The notes beneath the pieces were generated by a model that saw only the letters and a program-made list of their open reading frames with translations, had not been told where the DNA came from and ran no database searches. Shown here in pieces: positions 1 through 10,401 of a stretch of 64,000 bases of DNA. Each line of letters opens with the position of its first letter. Within the stretch, counting starts at the first letter, position 1. The stretch comes from Hypanus sabinus (lineage: Eukaryota): the NCBI RefSeq assembly GCF_030144855.1, contig NC_082711.1:104098001-104162000 (forward strand). The letters run 5' to 3'. A program made the translations under genes and the position numbers.

Positions 1-201
1 AAAGCTTCTTCTCCACCACCATCAGATTTCTAAATGGACAATGAACCCATGCGCTCTGTCTCGCTAGTTTGCTCTCGTTTTCCACTGTTCGTTGAATTTT
101 ATATATATTCTTTATTGTTAATTATAGTTTTCTTATCATGTACTGCTGCCACAAAACAACAAATGTTATGATGTATGCCAGTGATATTGAACCTGATTCT
201 G
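1..201 (+). mobile_element. 3' end of a non-LTR retrotransposon (Rex1/L2-like) with a (GATTCT)n tail
   Basis: AT-rich 3' UTR ends in gattctgattct; it resembles the 3' parts of the elements at 31600-31872 and 59800-60120. Confidence 0.5.
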
Positions 202-457
202 ATTCTTTTCTAATTGTTCATGTTTGTACCACACACCTCCCCGTGTGCTGTTTCTACAGGCTCGGGGCCACAGGGTCACCCTGCACGGCCACTGGCCTCA
301 TCTCCAGGGATGCAGTGGGTGTGTTGCCCCAGCCCTGCACTGTCGTAGCCCCACTACACTGGGATCCTGAGCCCAAATCTGGACACATGCAGACAGTGGG
401 AACACGCAGGATCTGCCCTCACACATTCACCCAGACCCCTCCACAGGTTTTACTCAC

Positions 458-778
458 CGTACACCTTAAGTTGGATACGCTCTCTGCGTTCATCTCCTGA
501 ATCTCCTGCTGTGACGATGACCTCATATTCATCAGCATCCTCTTTCCTCAGATCATGGATTTCCAGGCTGAAGTTTCCGGAATGAAGAGTTATTCGGTTG
601 TTGTAACTGCTATTAAAGTATTTAATTGATCCTTCTGAGTATTGTGCTATCATTGTTCTGGGTGATGACTTTATCCACTCAACCTCGTAAACGTCCTGTC
701 TGACTGGGATCGAAGGAAACAAGGAAACCGAGTGTCCCAGGACTCCATTCACAATGGCAGGGGAAGCTCCAGTCCTGG
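458..778 (-). CDS. Gene A exon 2: N-terminal IgV domain of a CD2/SLAM-family-like receptor
   Basis: Polypyrimidine acceptor ctcttgtctcctcag|CC at 779/778 and donor TACG|gtgagt at 458/457; 321 nt, phase 1-1. Translation (A)RTGASPAIVNGVLGHSVSLFPSIPVRQDVYEVEWIK...NNRITLHSGNFSLEIHDLRKEDADEYEVIV...IQLKVY has the C-strand W, a DxxxY motif and no Cys. Confidence 0.9.
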
Positions 779-1109
779 CTGAGGAGACAAGAGGAGGCAG
801 TCAGAATGTGAGCTCAGCGACTGGAGGAGGAATCAGAGCTTGCAGGATCACAGACACGGGGCAGGCCATGTGGCCCATTGTCTGGCTACTGGCCCATGAG
901 TGATCTGCCCCACAGTTCCTCCATCACACAGTGAGCTCATGGGGGGAACAGAGTGAAGATTCTCTGCAGCCAGGCCTGAGAAATGAAGTCAGGGACGCAG
1001 AGAGATGGCAAAGGAACTCGGTCAAGTGAATGGTATCGGTGGAGAAGGTAAAAACATTTGGGGAGTTTGAACAAAAAAGGAATCGAGCAACACTCTTACA
1101 GTTCAGGCC

Positions 1110-1325
1110 AGTGGAGTTCACAGTTCAACTCTGGCATCCTGTGTAAGCAAGTTTGTCCGTTCTTACCGTGAGTGTGTGTGTCTCCTCCCACTGTCCAAAG
1201 ACATACCTGTTAGCAGGTCAATTGCTCATTGTAAATTGTCCTTTGGTTAAACTCGGGATAACTAGTTGGGTAGCTCGTCTGGCCGTAAGGACCTGTTCCA
1301 AGCCATATCTCTAAGCCAATAAATA
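1110..1325 (+). mobile_element. SINE-like fragment
   Basis: The segment ctcccactgtccaaagacatacc...ggtcaattg...tgtaaattgtcc resembles fish/shark tRNA-derived SINE cores and ends in aataaataaa. Recognised from memory, not aligned. Confidence 0.4.
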
Positions 1326-1794
1326 AATTATATTGGTAAATGGGAGGGTGTGAGCCATGTGGAGGAAGAGATTTCTAAAAATGATGAAAGACATTAACGA
1401 AGAGGTGGAGAATCGAATACGAGAGCCTGAGGTTGGTATCTTTGAAATAGAGATGGACATTAGAAATGGTTTAAAGCAGGGATGAGGTTGCCCATTTCAT
1501 GTCAGTCGTAATGTAGGCCTGGGTACAATTAATGAAATTAAATACATACACAAAGTGGTCATTCAGTAATCTGTAATTTTAACAGGGAAAATTACGAACA
1601 TCTCATTTCTGTACTGTATAAAAGGAGGAACTTTTTACTGCTCATTCGGAGTCCAGGACATCCTGATTGTTAGATGGACTCCCCATGATGTATTTTGTAA
1701 ATAAAGTGGGTATGATCATAGTCTTCTTGGAGTCTACATTTATTTGTCTGTTCAAGATGGTTGGTTTAGGCAACAGTAGGAATTAAAAGTACTA

Positions 1795-2520
1795 GAAAGA
1801 CTGTAGACACGGGAAATCCAAATCAACACAGACAAAATGCTGGATGGACTCGTCAGCTCAGGCAGCATCTGTGCAAGTTAATAAATAGTCAATGTTTTGG
1901 GCCAAGACACTGTTTCAGGACTGAGAGGGAAGGAGGAAAATTCCAGAATAAAAAAATATGAGGGGAGGGGAAAGAGGAGAACTGGAAGGTGATAGGTGAA
2001 GCCAGATGGTTGTGGAAGGTCAAGTGCTGGAGAAGAAAGAATCTGACAGGGAAGGAGAGTGGACCAATGGAGAAAGGGGAAGAGAAGGTGACCCAGGGGA
2101 AGTAATGGGATGGTGACCAAAGGTCAGACTGGGGAATGGGGGAGAGCAAATTGCTTACCAGAAAGAGAAATCAATATTCATGCTGTCAGGTTGGAGGGTA
2201 CCCAGACGGAATACAAGGTGTTGCTCCTCCACCCTGAGGGTGGCCTCATCTTGGCAGAAGAGGAAGCCATGTATCAACAAGTCCAAACAGGGATGGGAAT
2301 CGGATTAAAATGTTTGGGCTCAGGGAAGTCCCACTTGTGGCTACTGTGCAGAGGTGCTCAATGGAGGGGTCTCCCAATATACGATGGGTCTCACCAATGT
2401 CGAGCAGACCGGCCTAATGGTAGGGTCCATTGAACCCCAGCTCTAGAGACTGTTGAGTGTCAAATCCCAGATATCAGCAGTTTCTGAAATACTCAAACCA
2501 CCCCATCTAACACCAACAAT
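1795..2520 (-). mobile_element. Penelope-like element 3' fragment
   Basis: Reverse strand carries the GIY-YIG C-terminal remnant (EEQHLIF..G.LQP..MNI type), a CT-rich tail and a degenerate terminal motif; same family as 19450-19920. Confidence 0.65.
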
Positions 2521-2889
2521 CATTCCACGGTCACATTTCTTCCCCATTCTGCTGTTTGGTCTGAACAACAACTGAACCACTTGACCATGTCTGCATGCTT
2601 TTAAGCATTGAGTTGCTGCCTCCTGATTGGCTGATCAGATATTTGCATGAGTGATCTGGTGTACAGGTTCACACAATAACGTAGCCACATTAAAGAGCGT
2701 GCACGTGGAAATAGTGGGAAACACTACTAAATATGACTTGCCCAGAATTTCAGAACTCTTTCAGAAAGGTTCTATACAGAATGTTCATCAACTAAGTCAG
2801 ACTGCCTGGAACTGCAGATAATTCTGTGTATCTGAGAAACAAAAGTGAATAAACCTTTACAACTTTAATTTATGGAGTATTGTAGGGAC

Positions 2890-3360
2890 ATTGTTTCTGT
2901 CCCAGACTATCCACAGTCATATCAGTGTGAAGTTCTTTAAAGACATTGTTCACGCCCCAGACTATATCCAGTCATATCTGTGACCGAGATGAGGACACCA
3001 AACTTAATATTTTCAATTTTGCCAATGATGACAAATGAATTAAGATTTAGAGTTGTATTGTGAGTGCAAAGGCGTATTAAGACGATAGACAGGTTGTGTG
3101 GGTGAACAAGAGCATGACAGATTGAGTACAATGCTGAAAAACATGAAGTTATCCTCGATAGAAAAGACTAAATTACTAAGTTTAGGAAATGTTTTTCAAA
3201 GGAAATGGATCCCCTTTGTACATATCATGGGGAATCAATGTTCAGATACAGGAAGCACTTTGGAAGGCATAATCACAAAAAATTCTGCAGAGCTAGAAAT
3301 TAGAGTGTGGAGGGTGATGAGGAAGGGTAAGAGTCACTCCGGCATTGGAACTGAGGATTG
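2890..3360 (+). mobile_element. Degenerate CR1 LINE RT fragment
   Basis: aattttgccaatgatgacaaa is a remnant of KFADDTK; downstream sequence resembles the other CR1 copies in the window. Confidence 0.5.
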
Positions 3361-3609
3361 AACTGTTATGGACGTGAAGGTTACCACACCAAACCTTGCC
3401 CTCAAAGGCAACAGAGAATCTTTCTGCAGACGTCACCATTTCTCTCCATCCTTAAGGACAGCAGAAATGCAGTGAATGTCTGACAGGACATCTCCCACTG
3501 GGTTTGGGAGATGAAGCCACCTGGCTCCTGAGTTGACAAGGAGGACTAACCATACAGCTGTTACACTAGAAGTCAAGTCATGTTAATTCTATTTCTAGTC
3601 TGGTATCTA

Positions 3610-5184
3610 TCGTGTCTATTCAAAGTATTCACACTCACCCTTCTCCCCCCAGAAATTTTCATGCTTTATTGTTTTACAACATTGATTCACAGTGTTTTAA
3701 TTTGGCTTTTTTGACACTGATTGACAGAAAAAGACTTTCATTTCAAAGTGAAAACATATCTCTACAAAGTGATCTAAATTTATTACAGATATAAAACACA
3801 AAATAATTGATTGCATAATTACTCATGTCCCTTCAAATCACTATTTAGTAGATGCACATTTGGCAGCAATTCCAGCCTTGAGTCTGTGTGGATAGGTCTC
3901 TATCAGCTTGGCACATCTGGACACTACAATTTTTCCCCATTCTTCTCTACAAAACTGCTCAAGCTGTCAGATTGCAAGGGTATTGTGAGTGAACAGACCA
4001 TTCCAAGTCCAGCCACAAATTCTAACTTGTTTGAGGTTTGGGCTCTGATTTGGCCACTCAAGGACACTAACTTTGTTGTTTTTAAGCCATTCCCTGCGGT
4101 TCTGGCAGACTGCATCAGGTTTTCCTCCAGGATATCCTTGTGTTATGCTGGTTTCATTTTACCCCCTACCTTCACAGGCCTTCCAGAGTCTCTTGTAGTG
4201 AAGCATCCCCACAGCTTGATGCAGCCACCATCGTGCCTCATGTTAGGGATGGTGTGTCTTTGATTATGTTTGGTGTTTGGCTTATGCCAAATATAACATT
4301 CAGTCTGATGGCCAAAAAGCTCAATTTTGGTATTGTCAGATCGTAGAACCTTCTTCCAGTTGACTTCAGAATCTCCCACATGCCTTCTGGAAAATTCTAA
4401 CTGAGATTTCAGGTGAGGTTTTTTTTCCAACGGTGGCTTTCTCTTTGCCACACTTCCATAAAGCTGCAACTGTTGAAACACCCAGGCAACAGTTGTATGC
4501 AAACTCTCTCCCATTTCCACCACTGATGTTTGTAACTCCTCCAGAGTTGTCATAGGTCTCTTGGTGGACTCCCTCACTGGTCCCCTTCTTGCACGGTCAC
4601 TCAGTTTTTGAGGACGGTCTGCTCCAGGCGGATTTATAGCTGTACCATATTCTTTCCATTTCTTGATAATTGTCTTAACTGTACTCCAAGGGATATTCAG
4701 TGACGTGGGAATTTTCTTTACCCATCTCCGGACTTGTGCTTTTCAATAACCTTTTCTTGGAGTTGCTTGAAGGGTTCTTTTGTCTTCATGTTGCAGTTTT
4801 CACCAGGATACTGACTCACCAACAGTTGAACCTTCCAGATACATTTGTATTTTTCCCACAATGAATTGAAACACCTTGACTACACACAGGTGATGCATAT
4901 TTAACTAATTACGTGACTTCTCAATCCAATTGGCTGCACCCATGATGATTTAGTGTGTCATATTAAAGGGGGTGGGGTGAATATTTATACAATCAATTAT
5001 TATGTGTTTTATGTTGTAATTAATTCAGATCATTCTGTAGAGATCTGTTTTCACTTGGACAAAAAAGTGTATTTTTCCTTTGATCAGTGTCAATAAAGCC
5101 AAATTAAATTCTCTGTGATTCAATGTTGTAAAAGAATAAAACATGAAAACTTCCAAGGGAGTGAATACTTTTTACAGGTATCTG
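3610..5184 (-). mobile_element. Tc1/mariner DNA transposon with long TIRs and a disrupted transposase
   Basis: ORF 4143-4577 gives a Tc1 transposase (LYGSVAKRKP..., KKVLRSDNTKIELFG, GGCIKLWGCF). Inverted terminal repeats aaagtattcac (3620s) and gtgaatacttt (5161) extend inward as degenerate inverted sequence. Confidence 0.9.
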
Positions 5185-5954
5185 GTTAGCTCTGACTGGA
5201 TCGTTGGGACAATTGCCCCAGCTCACCATGTGCCAGGGTGGTGTACTGTTACACAGGGTGAATATTTGTGCTCCAGGTCTGAGCTGTTAGAGGCAGCTGC
5301 TCTGATAATTGTTCCTGATAGCAGGGCTTCAACCCTGGAGGAAGCAGGTTTTAACTGTACTGACAAGGAGAGGGACCATTCCAGTCCCTAGCACGGCCAA
5401 GTATTACAGCAAAACTGTGGGAGCTGATTGACTCCCTCAACTTAATGGACATCTGGAATGCACTCCAGTCCTTCACCCAGAGGTCTAGGGGAGGAGACTC
5501 AAGTCAACCATCTGAACTTTTTGCAAGTCTGCATCTCTCCTGGTGGACTCCATGTATCTGGTACCATGCGACGGTATGAGCAGAGGTCCTCACTGTGGAT
5601 ACGGGTGGCTCCACATTCCTGCACCTTAACAACTGACTGATAGAGGACGAGCAATTCCAGCAGAGATCCCCATCTTGAGGGAAGACTCACAGAAGCACGT
5701 GATGGGATTGACCAAGATGCAGGGCTCACAAATCAGGTTGAGAGAGATGTGCTCAACTTTGAACCCAGTCTGAGCTCTGCTTCGATTTGTCAAGGACCCG
5801 GCACTGCAGAAAGCAGACAAAGACAAGTAGGGTGGCTTGAAGGCAAGAATGCAGGATCACAGATCCGGAGCCGACATCACTCACTCTTCCACTCACTGGG
5901 CAATCGCAGCGTCACCGGTCCAAAGGGAACTGCTGGCTTGGTCTGCTCTCTTTG

Positions 5955-6125
5955 TGGAGGTGGGGAGTCGGAATGGGAGTGGAACTCCGCTCTCTTTATG
6001 AGGAGTCAGAATGGGGTGGGGAGTCAGAATGGGAGTGGAACTCTGCTTTCTTTATCGGGGGTTGTAATGGGGGTGGGGCTCTGCTCCCTTTATGGGGATT
6101 CGGAATTGGGGTAGGGCTCTCCTCT
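5955..6125. repeat. Short degenerate tandem repeat (ggagtcggaatgggagtggaactc-like)
   Basis: Several imperfect copies are visible. Confidence 0.5.
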
Positions 6126-6525
6126 CATTGGTTTCGTTGTGGGAAGATTCGGAGGGTTGTTCACTTCCTTTCAACAGCTCAAGGTGCAAACCCAGGAGTG
6201 TGACAGACTGACCATGAAGTTCCTGTTGTGGGATCTCCACTTGTGAGTCCCGGTGATGGGAAGATGTTCTTCCTGTGGTGCAAGGCAGTCATCATCCTGC
6301 TGTCTGAAAGGAGTCATTACCAATTTTAACAATCTCATTGTGTGGCTCCCTCCGTAACGCAGATCAGGGAATTGTTGTCCAGCTGTCCAATAGCCTGATT
6401 TCCCACTCACCTGGCTTCACCTATCAGTTTCTAGCTTGTACTCCTTCGCTTCCCTCCACCAAATCACTCTGACGTCTTCCCCCTTTCTGTCCAGTCCTGA
6501 TGACCAAGATCTCAGTTGGACAGCA

Positions 6526-6672
6526 ACCTGTTCACTGTTTACTGTCTAAATGTTCACTGTTTACTGTTTACCTGTACACTGTTTACTGTTTACCTGTTCA
6601 CTGTTTACTGTTTAAATGTTCACTGTTTACTGTTTATCTGTTCACTGTTCAGTGTTTACTGTTTAAACGTTC
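6526..6672. repeat. ~22-bp tandem repeat ctgttcactgtttactgtttac
   Basis: About 6 imperfect units containing 8 TGTTTAC heptamers. Confidence 0.85.
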
Positions 6673-6769
6673 ACAGCACAGGATCAAAGTAAGCTGGTCA
6701 GGTGGTTAACAAGCTCCCTAACAACTGAGGCCTTTACCAGAATTATTGTGCTCAGTTCTGGTCACCGAC

Positions 6770-7182
6770 AGTACGGTGCAAAACTCTTTGGCACCCAAGA
6801 TTTTTATATGATTTTAAATGGTTTGGCTCCACACAGCCCTGATTTCAACATCATGGAGACTGTCTGGGCTTACCTGGAGAGACAGAAGCAAGCGAGACAC
6901 CAGAGTCTGGGGGAGAACTGTGGCAAGTTCTCCAAGATACTTGGAACAACTAACCAGCCAATTTTCTTGTAAAACTGCACAACAGGGCAACTCAGAGAAA
7001 TGATGGAGTTTTAAAGGCAAAGGGTGGTCACAATAAATATTAATTTGATTTAGCTTTTCACTGTTTACTGCTCTGCATAGTAAAGTTTTGATATCTAGAA
7101 ATATTTCATTTCAATATTTTTAAAGTATCTGTTCTTTACAGATTTTTTTTACGTGTGCCTAAGACTTTTGCACAGTACTGTA
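6770..7182 (+). mobile_element. 3' fragment of a second Tc1-family transposon
   Basis: ORF 6748-6972 gives HSPDFNIMETVWAYLERQ (the Tc1 SPDLNxIE motif); terminus gacttttgcacagtactg followed by TA. Confidence 0.75.
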
Positions 7183-7184
7183 CC

Positions 7185-7640
7185 TTCAGGAACAATATCA
7201 ATAAGACTGAAAGGATACAGGGACAAATCACAAAGACTTTGCCAGGACTGAAGACATGAGTTATAGGAAAAGATCTAACAGGTTAGGACATTGTTTTCCT
7301 GGATTGCAGGAGGATGAGGGGAGGTTTGTTACAAAATTATGAGGACTATCGAGTAAACACAATCAGGCTTTTTCAAGTGAGTTGGGTGGGTGGAACTAGA
7401 GTTCATGGGTTAAGAGTGAAAGGTGAACATTGGGGGAGCTTCTTCACTCAGTGGGTGGTGAGGGTGTGGAACGGGCTGCCACAGGAAGTGGTGGATGTGT
7501 GTTCAATTTCAAAATTTAAGAGAAATTTGGGTAAGTACATGACTGGGAGGAGTATGGAGGGCTGTGGTCTGAGTTTTGGTTTAATGGACTAGCCAGAATC
7601 ACAGGTTAGCATGTTCTGGATGGGCTGAATGGTCTGTTTC
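7185..7640 (+). mobile_element. CR1 LINE 3' end
   Basis: ORF 7314-7592 gives the CR1 ORF2 C-terminus TRVHGLRVKGE...FFTQWVVRVWNGLPQEVV. Confidence 0.75.
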
Positions 7641-8355
7641 TAGGCTGAGGTGTTCCATGAGATTATGACTCTCTGAAATCCAAATAGACCAATTAAAACA
7701 TCCTGAAAAAATGTGATATCCCCTCCCTCTCTCTTTGGGAGGGAGCTGTCTCCCTCGTTTCTCAACACTGTAGGGATGGACAGGGAAGCAGGGGCTGGAG
7801 GCAAAGAGTTGGTGGGTCTGAGTGCCTCGAGCTTCTATGAAAGGCGAGGAGCATGTCAGGATGTGGTAAACACGGCATCAAACGGTGACTGGACAGGAAA
7901 TGGTTCGATGGTCACAGCAAGAGGACAGTAATACGTGCAGCAGAAAGAGGAATGTTATTTACCGTTCAAACAATAATATGAGAGAGGGAGGGAGACAGGG
8001 AAAGACAGAAGGACTTGCATAAAGCAACTGATAGATGTGTTGAAGGAAGAAAAGAAATAATGAAAGAGTTAAATGAGACCAAAAGAAAGACAAGGACATT
8101 GAGGGTGAAAGTGTGTCGGTAGACGGAGGTATAGAGAGAGAGACTAGGTGAGGGAGACTGAGATCAAGGAAGTTCAACAGAAGTTGAGGAAGGCAAAGTC
8201 TGATGGTGAAAATTAGGAACTGAACATGCTCCAATATCGTGTGTGAATCAGCAGATTGGGACGTGACCGTGATAAACAGCATTTTCACACACTGAAAACC
8301 TGCACACATCGAACTGTTCTGTAACCAGAGCTGAAACATTAAAATCTGACCTTAC

Positions 8356-8419
8356 CCAGAAAGATGGCAAATACAAAAGCAGAGTTCAGGCAGAGAACCC
8401 TTTTCAAGCAATTCCACAT
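8356..8419 (-). CDS. Gene A exon 1: signal-peptide exon
   Basis: ATG at 8419 gives MWNCLKRVLCLNSAFVFAIFL+G, then consensus donor CTGG|gtaagg at 8356/8355. Phase 1 joins in frame (G+CC=Ala) to exon 778-458. Confidence 0.82.
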
Positions 8420-8459
8420 CCTCAAGCTTGACTGGTGAGCTTGATGGCCGGGAGATTGT

Positions 8460-8582
8460 TCCAGAAGGAAGTAAGACCAGGAACAGATATATTATAATGA
8501 AGTGAGATGCACGTAATTGACAAAAACATCATACTGGCCCTCCCAGTTCCTTTCGCTTACTCAAGTTTTCCACTTTCCTGTT
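8460..8582 (-). promoter_or_regulatory. Candidate proximal promoter of gene A with ETS-type sites
   Basis: AGGAAGT at 8466-8472; on the - strand AAGGAACTG (~8544-8552) and CAGGAAAGTGGAAA (8567-8580), all just upstream of the ATG. Motif match only. Confidence 0.35.
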
Positions 8583-8781
8583 TTGAATATGTAGCACTTT
8601 CCTCACCAACAACAAATTCTACTTTGCTTTCAAGCATACTGACAAGGATGATTCCACTCTGCTTTGGAAAACCATTCACTATCAGCTCTCAGCAACAGAC
8701 CTCATTTCCGTGGGACATTTCCCCTTCGAGTGCTGGTTCATAGCCATTCCCAGCCTATTTCTAGCTTCTGTTCAAGAAAAG

Positions 8782-9710
8782 ACTGGACAGTCCAGGTGGA
8801 TCAATTGTTTCAGCTGCCCAAGCCTTACTGGACTCTCCAGGTAGATCAATTGTTTCAGCTGCCCAAGCCTTACTGGACTCTCCAGGTAGATCAATTGTTT
8901 CAGCTGCCCGAGACTTACTGGACTCTCCAGGTAGATCAATTGTTTCAGCTGCCCAAGCCTTACTGGACTCTCCAGGTGGATCAATTGTTTCAGCTGCCCG
9001 AGACTTACTGGACTCTCCAGGTGGATCAATTGTTTCAGCTGCCCGAGACTTACTGGACTCTCCAGGTGGATCAATTGTTTCAGCTGCCCGAGACTTACTG
9101 GACTCTCCAGGTGGATCAATTGTTTCAGCTGCCCGAGACTTACTGGACTCTCCAGGTGGATCAATTGTTTCAGCTGCCCGAGACTTACTGGACTCTCCAG
9201 GTAGATCAATTGTTTCAGCTGCCCGAGCCTTACTGGACTCTCCAGGTGGATCAATTGTTTCAGCTGCCCGAGACTTACTGGACTCTCCAGGTGGATCAAT
9301 TGTTTCAGCTGCCCGAGCCTTACTGGACTCTCCAGGTGGATCAATTGTTTCAGCTGCCCGAGACTTACTGGACTCTCCAGGTGGATCAATTGTTTCAGCT
9401 GCCCGAGACTTACTGGACTCTCCAGGTGGATCAATTGTTTCAGCTGCCCAAACCTTACTGGACTCTCCAGGTAGATCAATTGTTTCAGCTGTCTGAGCCT
9501 CACTGGACAGTCCAGGTTGATCAATCATTTCATGTGCTCTCGCCTCACTGGACTATCCAGGTGGATTTGTTGTTTCAGCTGCCCGAGACTTACTGGACTC
9601 TCCAGGTGGATCAATTGTTTCAGCTGCCCAAACCTTACTGGACTCTCCAGGTAGATCAATTGTTTCAGCTGTCTGAGCCTCACTGGACCGTCCAGGTGGA
9701 TCAATTCTTT
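8782..9710. repeat. 45-bp minisatellite (VNTR), ~20.6 copies
   Basis: Unit actggactctccaggtggatcaattgtttcagctgcccgagactt; unit starts at 8782 and 9682 are 900 bp apart (20 x 45). Confidence 0.97.
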
Positions 9711-9872
9711 CCAGCATGCAGGCCAGAAGAAACTACAGTCTAACCAAGCAAAGGGGAAGCAGAAAAACCAGTTCTGTTTGTTTCTCCCCATTTTGTGAAC
9801 TCTGAACTGATTCTTGACTCTGGGACAATCTGGTCAGAGCTATAAACCTGAGACCATTCTCAGAGGAGTAGC

Positions 9873-10401
9873 TGTTATGTAAAATACCATACCTACCAAA
9901 GAAGCAATCTGTCATCTCATTAGACTCTGTCTGGGTTCCCTCATTTAACAGGTTTGAACGAGTAAAGGCACAAATACACAAGGATGGGGAGGCCAGAAAC
10001 ATGAAACACTATTGGTTGTAGTCCTCTACAACGACCAGTAAGAAAGTGACTCAGGTAGGTCAGGTGACCTTGAGCCAATGGGATGGAGATCCAATGATTC
10101 ATCTGATGAGGAACAATATAAGAATCAGGAGCTCCAAATACGGAGGGGGGGAGGGGGGGAGGGGGGGGTGATAACTCTCCAGCAACCGGAGACAAACCTT
10201 TGCGGATAAGGAGGACCCCATGGACACGTGGAGATCGGGACCGTGAGGAATGCCTGGCCAGTGTAGACTCCTTTCCCGGATAATACCTTTCCTCTTCATT
10301 GACTGTTCATGGAGGGTCAGGGATTCTAGTAGGAAGCACACAGGTAGATAGTTTGTGAACACACTTGCTTGTCTGTTGAAACAATAAAAGTTATTTATTA
10401 G
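9873..10401 (+). mobile_element. Left part of the 5' LTR of the retrovirus-like element (start uncertain: 9873 or 10169)
   Basis: TGTTATG at 9873; CCAAT boxes at ~10075 and ~10091; TATA-like aatataa at ~10115; AATAAA at 10383. The LTR resumes at 14053 after a Gypsy insertion. Confidence 0.55.

Noticed and set aside
138-500. 120-aa plus-strand ORF overlapping the IgV exon end
   Set aside because: It begins in a LINE tail and has no recognisable domain.
8782-9710. CRISPR-like regular periodicity (also 58284-58500)
   Set aside because: Units are head-to-tail with no unique spacers, there are no cas genes, and the context is vertebrate.
8664-9743. 359-aa ORF and two antisense ORFs of 250-255 aa
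   Set aside because: They are produced by a stop-free 45-bp repeat unit; no splice or domain evidence for coding.
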